From positions 682,001 to 746,000 of the forward strand of contig CBFDEM010000044.1 in assembly GCA_965603825.1 (NCBI GenBank): DNA of 64,000 nt, in the 5' to 3' direction. Shown here in pieces: positions 1 through 11,200 of the stretch (position 1 is the stretch's first letter; the number at the start of each line of letters is the position of its first letter). A model generated the notes under the pieces. It was given only the letters and a program-made list of their open reading frames with translations. It searched no databases and was not told the origin of the DNA. Position numbers and translations under genes: made by a program. The DNA is from Blepharisma stoltei ATCC 30299 (Eukaryota; Protista; Ciliophora).

Positions 1-951
1 TTGCTACTTTGATTACCAACAAATGCGATTCCATAATTGCCTGCAATACATGAAACTAGACTTAGAACTTCATTCAGAGGACAAATTTTATATCATTTAT
101 CAGTTGATAATTCATATTTGCTGCTTTATTCAATGCATTACCATAAGCATTAACATCCTCCAAATAAGTAAATAAAGCCATCATGATACACACCACCCAT
201 ATTTCTTGACGGATCTCCATCTGAAAGCTGTTTAATAGTGCTATCTGGGTACAATATAATGCTGTTCCAGATGGAGGCCGATTGCCATAGCAAAATATAG
301 ATTTATCAGGAAGAAGACACATAGAAATAGCATTAGGATGGCTAGCATTGTTTTGAAGAATGTCTATCGTCTGCTCAGACTTTGAATAATTGGTCAAATT
401 AACTCTAACTGAGTTTTTTGTGTCTTTCCTGAAAAATATGTACAATTTCATTGTTTTCAGCATCATCGATTCAATCTTTTTTGTTCAATTCAAAATCGGA
501 ACTATTAAAACTGCACCCAAACTCATTCAACTTTTTTCGGGCACTGTCTGGATCGAAGGTTAATAGCTTTTCAAGTGGATTTCGATTTATTTTGGTAATT
601 TTTTACCGAATTAATTTTTCTAATTAAATCAGCTTGATTTATTCTTATTTTCTCAATATTTTCTAGCGCTTTAATAAGTAACAATTTTAATTCTTGTATT
701 TTCATATGTGTTTCTTTTATTAAGTTTTCTTTTATATCAAGCAATTCTTTTGATAATTTATTCAGCTCTTCAATTAGGGCTTCTTTATATATTTGATTTG
801 GTTTTAATTCTAAGTATTCAAAGTTGTGCCCTCCAATAGAATCAGCTTCACCATGCTTGTACATGTGGACTTTGCAAGAGTAGCAGGCAGGCTCCACACA
901 TTTGCAAAGAACTTTAACTTTATTTATGCATCCTTCCTTTCAGCATTCCAT
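1..951 (-). pseudogene. Decayed copy 1 of Zn-finger (B-box-like)/coiled-coil/kelch-like gene; 3' end runs off the window
   Basis: ATG at 951 (MECWKEGC, W=TGA). Colinear with the copies at 2803-4067 and 5476-6856 but broken by several indels: two 1-nt losses in A-runs near 590-604, a 4-nt insertion at 437-442 and further shifts near 258 and 150. ORF-track pieces 571-897 and 74-466 are fragments of it. Confidence 0.8.
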
Positions 952-1111
952 GATTAAGATAAATTTATAGATTCATAAAAATGAAATTATTAAATAAAGG
1001 CCATTTTTTTCTTAAACATTTCATTTTAATTTATCTAAAAGAAAATTATGCATTTATAAAATATGCAAGAATTACTAAAATCGTTTTGGTTTTAAAATAG
1101 ATAATAATCGG

Positions 1112-1190
1112 TTAAGCACCAAAAGCATTTGTTCAATGTCTCTAATGATCTTTTATTTCTGTTTGATATTCCAAAATTCTCAATAAAAGT
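1112..1190 (-). pseudogene. Remnant of the 3' end of the Frag1/PGAP2-like membrane gene (paralog of 6952-7779)
   Basis: ttaagcaccaaaagcatttgttcaatgtctc... aligns by eye with ttaagcatcaaaagcagcgagttcaatatct... at 6952, in the same position just upstream of a kelch-like copy. Confidence 0.6.
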
Positions 1191-2300
1191 GGTGCATATT
1201 ATTAAGCAGAGTGATATTTAATATATATATTAATTTTGGCATAAACCCACAAAGAAAGAGAAGGATTGAAATGCCTAGAACACTTATTTATGATCAAAGC
1301 AGAGCTTAATAAAGCTGCTCTTTGGTAGGCATATTAGTATAGTATTTTGTTTTGGCATATAATGGGAAATATTATTATGCGTTGGCTTAATTTTACTTAA
1401 TTTTTAAGCTGAATATTAAGAATCTACAACTCAAAAAATGATGCCAATTTTGAATCCAATTGGAGTATTTTAATAGAAAATCCTCCAGAATTTGAAGCAA
1501 ATAAAGTAAAGAATGTGAGCAAGATATTCTACTCAACTTGTGGTAGCGTGAGGAATATCTAAAGCAAGCAGAGTTTATTATATGAATGTAAATTTAAAAG
1601 GGGTCGTGAAGAGCATTAGAAGAAATTGTGATATCACAATTTTATTGCATTTTTTGAAGTTTTAGAAGAGAAGATGAAAATCGTTTTCAAAGAATGTTTC
1701 CACTCAAAAATAACGCATTTTATAACTCAAATAATGCGGAAAATTAGTCAAATCTATACAGAGTTTGCCTTGGACATTATCAAAGCTCTTGATTAGCAAT
1801 AAATCGTTAATTTTAGTCAGTATTGATGATAGGGAAGATTTATAATAAAGATCATTGAAAAAAATTAATGTAGCATAAAACTAATAAAGACTTATTTAAA
1901 TGTACTTGCCGAAAATTCAAGATAAATAGGATTTTTTATATTAAAAATTACAGGTGAGCTTTATGTTGAAAATGTTTCAAGATAGTGGCTACTTTCAAAT
2001 TAATAGATATAGATTTAGATGATTTTTGTTTATAAATAAATTATAATATCTCTCAGAAATCACAAACAATTACATTCCAAATTTATCTAAAAGAAATTAC
2101 CAAGGTATTGCAATGACAACTTTGGAGAAATCTATTTGGGAATCAGCTATAACTTCCAGTTTCACGCTGGATCACTGCCAATTGGCCTAGTAGTACTGAT
2201 AGATGCTGCTGAGATGTTCATTTTCAAACTCAAATTCTCCCTCACGAAGGAAAATCCAGAAATTTGTCAAAAATACAAATTACTTTTTTTTATTTTTAAT

Positions 2301-2632
2301 TCCGATAAAAGTTCCATAATTTCAATTGTACCTTATGTTTCTGACCCAGTTGATTCTTCAACAATTTTAAGACCATGATGAAGCATAATAAAGCTATCAT
2401 ATGGATAAATAAAATAGCCTACAGAAATCGCAATTACTGTGATTTTATAGTCGTCATTTAGGTCTTCCAATTGCTAATAGAAATCGCAATAGTGAAAAAA
2501 GTAAATAGAGTCCTAGGATGAAGAAAACAATCAATTTCAGAAACCCCAAAACTCTTTGGTAAATATTGACTACCTTAGACACATGGATAAAAACAATTGC
2601 CTATACAGAAGCTAAATAAGAAGAATAATCAT
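2301..2632 (-). pseudogene. Truncated, degraded TLC-domain gene copy (paralog of 4599-5324)
   Basis: Blocks such as ccatgatgaagcataataaag, aaataaaatagccta and gtcgtcatttaggtct match 4930-5324 with deletions. The flank 2646-2710 matches 5338-5408. Confidence 0.8.
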
Positions 2633-2802
2633 GCTTTATAATAGTAAATATTTAATTTTTAGGTTTAAATTAATATTAAACTTGTTACTTTTGAATTTAA
2701 AGTTTATATTAAAATGTACTTTGTGAAAATCAATTTGTTTAATTGTTTAGAGATTATTTGTTTTGATGATAGAAAGCAATAACTTAAAGAAATTTTTATT
2801 AA

Positions 2803-4067
2803 TTATACCTGAGTCATCGTTAATTGTAAGCTCTTTATATCAAATTTATATATTTTACAATGAATGTCCATGAAATAGCAACTTTGATTGAAATAAACTT
2901 GATATGCTACTCTGTTAGAATAGCTAATCTGCGATACTTCTATAATTATCCAATAGCTTAGTTGATTTGGCTCGCTTTCATATATATTCTTTGACGATTC
3001 GATTAAAAATACTCGATTTTCTGCCTGGAGCAAGATATTATTAGTCTGAGCTGCAAAGTTGAGATAAATTTCATTATAAATATCTTGCTTTTGATTATAT
3101 AAATATAATTTACTACTTTCATACCCAACAAATGCGATTCCATAATTTCCATAATTGCCTGCAATACATGAAACGCGGCTTAGATCTTCCTCCAGAGGAC
3201 AAGTTTTATACCACTTATCAGTTGATAATTCATATTTTGCTGCTTTATTCCATGTCTTACCTTGAGCATTGCATCCTCCAAATAAGTAAATAAAGCCATC
3301 ATGATATACAACACCCATATTTCCTGAAGGATTTCCAGCTGAAAGCCGTTTAATAGTGCTATCTGGATACAATATAAATGCTGCTCCAGATACAGGATAA
3401 TTGCCATAGCAAAATATAGATTTATCAGGAAGAAGACACATAGAAATAGCATTAGGATGAATAATATTGTTTTGAAGAATTCGTATCGTCTGCTCAGACT
3501 TTAAAAAATTGGATAAATTTACTCTAACTGAATTTTTTGTATCTTTCCTAAAAAATACAATTTCATTGTGCTCAACATCATTGATTCTTTCATTTTTGTT
3601 TAATTCAAAATCGGAATGATTAAAACTGCACCCAAACTCATTCAACTTTTTTCGGGCACTGTTTGGATCTAAGCTTAATAGCATTTCAAGTGGATTTTGA
3701 TTTATTTTTGATAATTTTTTAACCGAGCCAATCTTTTTAATTAAATCAACTTGATTTAGTCTTATTTTTTCAATACGTTTTAATGCTTCAATGAGTGATA
3801 ATTCTAATTCTTGTATTTTCTTATATGTGTCTTTGATTAAGTTTTCTTTTATATCAAGCAATTCTTTTGATAATTTATTCAGCTCTTCAATTAGGGCTTC
3901 CTTATGCTTTTGATTTGGTTTTAATTTTAAGGGTTCAAGCTTGTGCTGTTCAAGAGAAGCAGCTGAACATGTTTAGAAATGTGGATTTTGCAAGAGTAGC
4001 AGACAGGCTCCATACATTTACAGAAAACTTTGACTTTATTTTTACATCCTTGCTTCCAGCATTCCAT
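2803..4067 (-). pseudogene. Copy 2 of Zn-finger/coiled-coil/kelch-like gene with a single 1-nt frameshift (pseudogene or assembly error)
   Basis: ATG at 4067 gives MECWKQGCKNKVKVFCKCMEPVCYSCKIH. A 1-nt deletion near 3964 relative to copies 1 and 3 (CAT GTT CA- GCT vs CAT ACT CAA GAT) shifts frame. The remainder is the open 352-aa ORF with kelch-type motifs (IYLFGG, YELSTDKW) and a 9-bp duplication giving GNYGNYG. Confidence 0.75.
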
Positions 4068-4196
4068 GATTAAGATATATTTATAGATTCTTGAAAATGA
4101 AAACGATTAGTAAACATTGTTGAATTATTTGAAATAATTTACCTAAAAGAAAATTAAGAACCTATAAAATATGAAAGATTTATTAAACTCGTTTAT

Positions 4197-4290
4197 TTAA
4201 GCATCAAAAGCAGCTCAATATCTCAATTGATTTCTCATCTCCTTTGATCAAAGTATAAAGCAAGCAAAAATCCTCTAAGATAAACTTATA
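4197..4290 (-). pseudogene. Second remnant of the 3' end of the Frag1/PGAP2-like gene
   Basis: ttaagcatcaaaagcagc...cctttgat...aagcaaaaatcctctaa matches 6952-7050. Confidence 0.7.
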
Positions 4291-4598
4291 GATTTTAAAG
4301 CTAGCATTTCTCATAAAAGTAATTTATAAATTCAAGAAAACTAAAATACTTCAAATGCATAATTAAACTAAATTAATTTTTGACTGTAGCAGTTAAGTTA
4401 TCTTTGACCTTATAAGAAATATTGATACAAAAAGCACTAGCAAGCATACAATTAAACTAATTATTTTAGCAAATTTCTTGAAAAATAGCCTTCATTATAA
4501 AATTTACTTTTCCTTAAAAAGATTAATTAAGCTCAATTTCATAACTATCATTTCAACTATTTAAAAATAAATAAAAGTCCTTATTTACCTGTAAAATT

Positions 4599-5324
4599 CT
4601 ACTTATCTTTCTTAATCTCCACAAACCAAGGCAAACTTTGTCCTGTTTTGCACCTTATTTTGTATTCTCTATATCTTTTCTTCACAATAAAATACATAGT
4701 ATACGCCCACTTAAATGATTGCATTTCTAATAGAAATCCCATAAGTCTTACCAGCCAAAAAACATTCCATGATGTTACGACTCCATAAGTTATAGGTGGC
4801 CCAAGAATAAATCTCCCAATGAAGAAGGCTACTATAAACACTAATTCAGCAAGCAAATGGGACTTTGTTTCCTTCTGACCAGCACATTTAAGGATTTCTT
4901 TTATATGTAAGAATGGATTGGAAACTTCAGCGAAAAAAGTTCCATACATAATTTCAATTGTGCCATATGTTCCTGAAACCCCAGTTAATTCTCCAATAAT
5001 TGTAAGGCCATGATGAAGCATAATAAAGTTATCATAGATCCCAAACTTCCACATACACAATGTATCATAAATAAAATAGCCTAAAGAAATCGCTATTACC
5101 GTGATTTCAAAGTCGTCATTTAGGTCTCCCATTTGCCGGCCGGATGAAATTGCCATTGTGGTTGAAACAAGTAAAAAGAGTCCGTGGATGAAGGAAACAA
5201 TGCGATTTCGGAAATCCCAAAGCTCTTTGGTAGGCAAATTTATATTGACTACCAGAGATACAAGGATAAACACGATTGTCCATACAGGAGCTGAAAGGAG
5301 AGCTACGAGTAAAGGATTAACCAT
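4599..5324 (-). CDS. TLC-domain (TRAM/LAG1/CLN8; TLCD/TMEM136-like) membrane protein, 241 aa
   Basis: Intact ORF with TLC motifs RIVSFIHG, SLGYFIYD, MLHH, AEVSNPFLH and FFIGR, plus several hydrophobic helices. Confidence 0.85.
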   Translation of the reverse strand: MVNPLLVALLSAPVWTIVFILVSLVVNINLPTKELWDFRNRIVSFIHGLFLLVSTTMAISSGRQMGDLNDDFEITVIAISLGYFIYDTLCMWKFGIYDNFIMLHHGLTIIGELTGVSGTYGTIEIMYGTFFAEVSNPFLHIKEILKCAGQKETKSHLLAELVFIVAFFIGRFILGPPITYGVVTSWNVFWLVRLMGFLLEMQSFKWAYTMYFIVKKRYREYKIRCKTGQSLPWFVEIKKDK

Positions 5325-5475
5325 GTTTTATAATAATAAATATTTAATTTTCAGGTTTAAATTAATAATAAGCTTTGCTTGCTTTTAGATTTTGAAAGTT
5401 TATATTAAGTTAAATTGTTAATTTTGAAAATATATTTATTTTAATATTAAAGGCAAATTATGAAATATTATATTA

Positions 5476-6856
5476 TTAAACTTGGGTTACCTTGAATTGT
5501 AATCCACCGATGCTACATTTATATACTTTACTATCATTATCCATAAAATAGCAATGATGATCAAAATAAACTGGGTATGCTACTATGCCTATAAAGCTAA
5601 TATGCCCTGTTCCTAGAATTTTTCAATTGCTTAGTTGATTTTGCTCACTTTCATATATATTTTTTGATGATTCGATTAAAAATACTCGATTTTCTGCCTG
5701 GAGCAAGACTTTATCAGTATTTGCTGCAAAGTTGTGATAAATTTCACTATAAATATCTTGCTTATGATTATACGAATATAGTTTGCTACTTTCACAGCCA
5801 ACAAATGCGATTCCATTATTGCCTGCAATACATGAAACACTACATAGAACTTCCTTTAGAGGGCAAATTTTATGTCCCCAGCTAGAATTATTTCCACTAA
5901 TTAAAAGATCTTAATAATCTCAGAACTATAAGTATTTGACTCAATGTGGCAAAATTTCTTAATATGCCAAAACCGTGTAGCAAATTGTTCTTCAGATGAT
6001 ATCACTTATCAGTTGATAGCTCATATTTTGCTGCTTTATTGCATACACCAAAATCATCAAATCCTCCAAATAAGAAAATAAAGCCATCATGATACACAGC
6101 ACCCATGCCTGATGATGGATCTCAATCTGAAAGTTGTTTAATAGTGCTATTTGGGTATAATATAAATGCTGTTTCGGAAGGAGGAAAATTACCATAGCAA
6201 AATATAGATTTATCAGGAAGAAGACACATAGAAATAAAAATAGGATTGAGTATAATGCTTTGAAGAATGTCTACCTTTTTCTCAGACTTTGAAAAATCAT
6301 TCAAATTTACTCTAAATGCGCTTTTTGTCTTAGTCCCAAAAAATACAATTTCATTGTTTTCAACTGTATCAATCCTGTCTTTTTTGTTGAATCCAAAATT
6401 CGGACAATTAAAACTGCACCCAAACTCATTTAACATTTTTCTTGCACTATCTGGATCTAAGCTTAATAACTTTTCAAATGGATTTTGATTTATTTTTGGT
6501 ATTTTTTTTATTGAGTGAATCTTACTTATTAAATCAACTTGATTTAGCCTTATTTTTTCAATACGTTCTAGTGCCTCAATAAGTGAAAACTCTAATTCTT
6601 GTATTTTCCTGTATGCTTCTTTGATTAAGTTTTCTTTTATATCAACCAATTCTTTTGATAGCTTTTGCAGCTCTTCAACTAAGGCTTCCTTATTTTTTTG
6701 GTTTATTTTTAATTTCAAGGGTTTAAGTCTATGCTCTTCAATAGAATCATCTTGAGTATGTTCGTATATATGGACTCTGCAAGAGTATCTAGCAGGATCT
6801 ACACATTGGCAGCAGACTTTGACTTTATTTTTGCATCCTTGCTTTCAGCATTCCAT
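5476..6856 (-). CDS. Copy 3 of Zn-finger (B-box-like)/coiled-coil/kelch-like protein; 417 aa once a 127-nt insertion is removed
   Basis: ATG 6856 to TAA 5476. With TGA=Trp (6845, 6122, 6002, ~5623) and removal of 5874-6000 the frame is fully open (1254 nt). N-terminal C-x4-C-x7-C-x-C-x6-C-x2-H-x3-H, then a coiled coil, then IFLFGG/YELSTDKW kelch-like blades. As assembled, the insertion disrupts it. Confidence 0.65.
5874..6000. other. 127-nt insertion in kelch-like copy 3 (retained IES-like or captured fragment)
   Basis: Absent from the paralogs, which read DKWYK[IT]CP contiguously. Flanked by AT (or ATG) direct microhomology, with no terminal inverted repeat. Confidence 0.75.
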
Positions 6857-6951
6857 GATTAAGAAAAAATTATATATTCAAGATAATAAAGACCACTAAC
6901 ATTTTTATCATGATTTACTCTATGTAATATATAAGAATTAAATAATAATTT

Positions 6952-7779
6952 TTAAGCATCAAAAGCAGCGAGTTCAATATCTTCATTTGATTTTTCATTT
7001 TCCTTTGATTTTCCAGAATTTACAGTAAAAGTAAGCAAAAATCCTCTAAAAAATTGGCAAAAAATAGGTGGCACCATTATAGAAATTGACACTAAAATCC
7101 ATTCACAGATTGCCTCAGCATTTTCATTTATAAGGAGGTTTGATGGTATTGAATATGCCCAATTCCACTCGACAATATTAATAATCGAAATAAATACAAA
7201 AACTCCTAAAAATACAGACAAAATAAAAAACCAGTGTCTTTCTTGAGCATTGAATGTGCTTTTTGATAATAAAAGTAAAGAATAAACAAGGGAAGACCAA
7301 GCAAGATTTGAAATGATAAAGCAGGTTGATAAAAATACGTAAATAAATTCTAGAGGAAGAATGTGTACACTGTTTACCTCATCAACTAAACTAATTATAG
7401 GTAAAATTGAGCATGAAATAACTCCTAAGTATAATAATAAGTGCCTTTTTCACCTTGGTAAAGATGAACCGAAATGATAATAAGCTCCAGTGTACATTAA
7501 GATAAGGACTAGTGCAAAATATGTGCAAGATACGATAAAAACTCTGTCATGGCCTCTAAAGCAGCCTAAATAGCCCAAAGTCGGCAAAAATGTAAAGCAC
7601 GAGAAATTAGTTGCACAGGCTAGAATTAAATTTCCATAAACCATACCAATCATCAATCCTGAAAACCAAAACATAAGTTTAGGAACATTAATTGAGTATA
7701 TCGATCTTCCTTCTTTTTCTCTATAACTAAACACTGGGAGTGAAAAAGAATGCCTAAACTCTTTGTCGTTCCCTTCCAT
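6952..7779 (-). CDS. Multi-pass membrane protein, Frag1/DRAM/Sfk1 (PGAP2-like) family, 275 aa
   Basis: ORF-track pieces 7450-7779 and 6952-7221 join in frame through one TGA (7450-7452), with an open hydrophobic linker. About 6 TM segments. LPTLGYLG...RVF and AICEWILV resemble Frag1-family motifs; family call is by eye. Confidence 0.65.
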
Positions 7780-8266
7780 ATCTATTACTTAATTGAAAAA
7801 TGAACGACAGGTATAAAAGTCTTTTTACAATTACGAAATTTCTCCAAAATTATGAATAAATGTGGGAAAATGCTTAAAATACTCATTTTTTAGGCAAAAT
7901 TACTTTATTTGAGCTAAATTTGAATTATTTAAAGTACATAAATAGGAAATTTAGCAGGAGAAAATTCATAAATCATAAAAAACCCCAGATTTCTTTATTT
8001 ATTCTGGTTTAATAGCAAGCTATTTATTTTTCCAATAAATACCAAAACTGTAAACTAAATCTTATAAATTTTTATCAGTATTTTTATATTTGAAAAATCA
8101 ATTAAAAATGCTGCTATTTATTAATTATTTTTAAATCAAAAATATATAGAAATATGCCTAATAGTTTCATGATAAAAATTTAAAAATTAATCTAATCTTC
8201 CTTAAAATAATCTAATCATTTCTTATGGAATTCGTTAGGGGCAATCTTAATTCTAATAATAATAAA

Positions 8267-11200
8267 ATGCCGACCAATGCAGAACTTGGTGCGTGCTTTC
8301 TTTCGAGGACTCTTGACCTCGCTGCAAGGAAGCATTACAACTCATTTTTCAAAACAACAACATGATCCAATGAGCCTCCACCTATCCAGTCTCCGTCGCC
8401 AGTTCAATCGCCATTCCCTCTTCTATCTCCTTCACCTTTACAATCTCCCTCTCAAATTTCACTCCGCAGTGAGTCCAGCCATGACCTATTCCCCCGTCTC
8501 GACCTCAACCAAGTATCCCGTGCTTCTCATATTTCCCATGACTCTAGTTCTTCATCAAGAAGGCGATACACCAGGCTCGAGATGCTTCGCAAAGTCATTG
8601 ACAAGTTCATCCTCAGCATCAAAATCAACATGGATCAAGAAGCCTTATGGAGATGGCAATTCGTCAACCAAAAAATGAAAAAAATAGAACAGCTTAACGC
8701 CCTCCGTGAAATAATGAAAAAGAAAAAAGAACGAGACTTAGTAAGCTCCCTTCACAAACTCAAATGGCAAACCACAGAAGACCGGCTAATACCCCAAAGA
8801 GGAAGACTCACCCCAGCCGACAAAAGAGATGTGCTAATGAAAGTTGTGAGGAAAATGATAATAACAGGAAGGGTCAACCTAGAGCAACGAGGACTATGGA
8901 AATGGTACATAAAGGCTATTGATTTTTACCCATATGCCCCGCAGCCTTCGAATCTTCAATTGAATGCTACTGAAGCTTTGCATAGGACTATTATGAAGAA
9001 TATATGCAGAAGAGTTAACTATAGAGAATTCCAGGCTAAAAAAAGGTGCTTTAATTCGTGGAGAGACCCTGATGGACAAATTTTGGCACAAGTAGTAAGG
9101 AGAACTGCCACAAATCCAGGTGAGCTAAGAGCTAACAAAAAGCTGCTTGATAAAGAAAAATCAGAAAAACTAGTTAAAGGGCTAGAAAGACTTGGAAATC
9201 TCCGTCAAAATTTCGGCAAGCAGGTAATTTGGAAATGGTATCTTCACACTTTTCTCCAAAAAACACGCCAAGACTCTATTAAAAAGATTTTGCTTAAGCT
9301 AAAACTCCTCAGACTAGGGAAAAAAGAAAGTTTTTCTACATGGAGACTTTCCAGTATAAGCAAAACTGAAGAAATTTTTGAAGAAGAAAAAATAGTCTCA
9401 ACAAAGTCAAAACTAATTGGAAAACAAAAACAAGTCAAGGTCAGATCAGGCAGAAATCAAGGCCAAGAAGTCGCAGCCATAAACTTGTCAAATTTAATCA
9501 AAAAAAGAATTGCTTCTACAATGAACAATATGAGAATAGCTTCTGAAGCAAATGATAAAAGAAAAGCCATGATCAGAAAAACACTGCAGAACTTAGCCCT
9601 CATTGCAAAGCAGCATTTAAGAAAAGGCTTTGAGGAATGGAAACTTAACGCAAAAGAAAGAGAATTAGAAACCTCTAAAAGATCAGATAAAAACCAAATC
9701 ATGAAAAAAAGCTTGAAAAATCTAGCCCATATCGCCAAAGAAATGGTGCAAAAGAGATTTAATGATTGGAAACTTTATTATAAAGTGGAAACAAATGACG
9801 ATTTTTATGGGGAAAAAATCAAAGATAATAGAAAAATGACTGTAAAATCCAGCATAAGGAACCTTTCACATATAGCTAAAGAAAAAGTCCAAAGCGGGTT
9901 CAATATATGGAGAGCTCATAGAGACGAAGAAAATTCTTATAAAGAAAACGCTATCAAAAAAGCCCTGAAAAACCTATCACATGTAATCAAAAATACCCTT
10001 CAAAAGAGCTTCACTATGTGGGAAAATGCTGCAGGCATTGAAATCACTAAAAATAAAGAAAATTTGACACGAAAAAGTTTGCAGAATTTAGCCCACATTT
10101 TTAAGGAAGGGCTGCAGAATGACTTATTTAATTGGAAATTATTTGTGGCTATAAAAGCAAATAGAGCGTTATCAAAAACAAGGGTTGGAATGACTGTGAA
10201 ATCCTTTGGAGGGATCCAAAAAGTAGTAGTCCAGCCATACGAAGAATACGAAAATGACGAAATTTTTGTAAAAAGGTTCAGCTCAGTGGTAAGACCAGCA
10301 ATTTTGTTAGAAGAAACAGCCCAAAAGCGCCAAACCGCTTATAATCCTATCACGCGTGTACTGTCAGTTCCAGTATTTGACTATGAATATAAGCGCACTA
10401 TGAGAGCGGTTGACAATAAGCCACTGATATCTTTAGAAATTATTGATGAAAATAAAGAAATTTCAAGAAAAATCCTAAATCTGGAATGGGAGCAGAAAGT
10501 AATAAACAAGCTTAGAGTCGGGAAAAATTCGCCTTTGCATAGAGTTACCAGACCGATTTTGATGCCAGAAATAAAGCACTCAGTTAATACTCAAAGCTCT
10601 AGCTATAAATTACTATCAAAACCTAGCGTTCACATTGAAATGCTGAATTTCAATAAAATCAGGTCGAAATCTGCTATAAATAATCTTTCAGCATATGCTA
10701 GGCTCAGCTTGCAAAAATTATTTGATAACTGGAAACAAGCCACAGTTTTGGCATCAGATGAAACTTATAAGAAAATTTTAGCAGACAGATTTTCAGCTGA
10801 AACTGATAAATTCAATGAAGACTCTATGGGTAAATTAGTTAAGAAAATGGCCCAAATTTCTGATATAAGAAATAAATTTAGGCAAAATGCTTTATATAGG
10901 TGGCTGAAATTCGCAAATAAATATAAATACTCATCATTAGCTATCAAAACATTATCTTCAGCGACCTCTGAAAGAAACAGAACAACCCTCAAAAAAGCTT
11001 TTGAAAAGCTCATCCCTGAAGATACCACTTCTTTGAATTTGTCTAAAAAACTTCACCTAAATGTCCTCAATAAAATCGCTATGTTCAGCTTATTCAAAGC
11101 ATTTGGGATTTGGAAACAAAATATTGTAGAATTTGAAGAAATCGAAGAATTTGTGACGACTACTAAAGCCTCACAAGAAAGAAAGGTGTTTTTGCTTAGG

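Noticed and set aside
1260-2100. Possible degraded MORN-repeat gene (YECKFKRG, GELYV-like fragments)
   Set aside because: Many stops in all frames; similarity too weak to support without a search.
2136-2378. 80-aa plus-strand ORF
   Set aside because: TTG start, partly antisense to the TLC pseudogene, no motif.
8277-8678. 133-aa plus-strand ORF overlapping the giant gene start
   Set aside because: Alternate frame over the giant gene's N-terminal extension, which is open once TGA is read as Trp.
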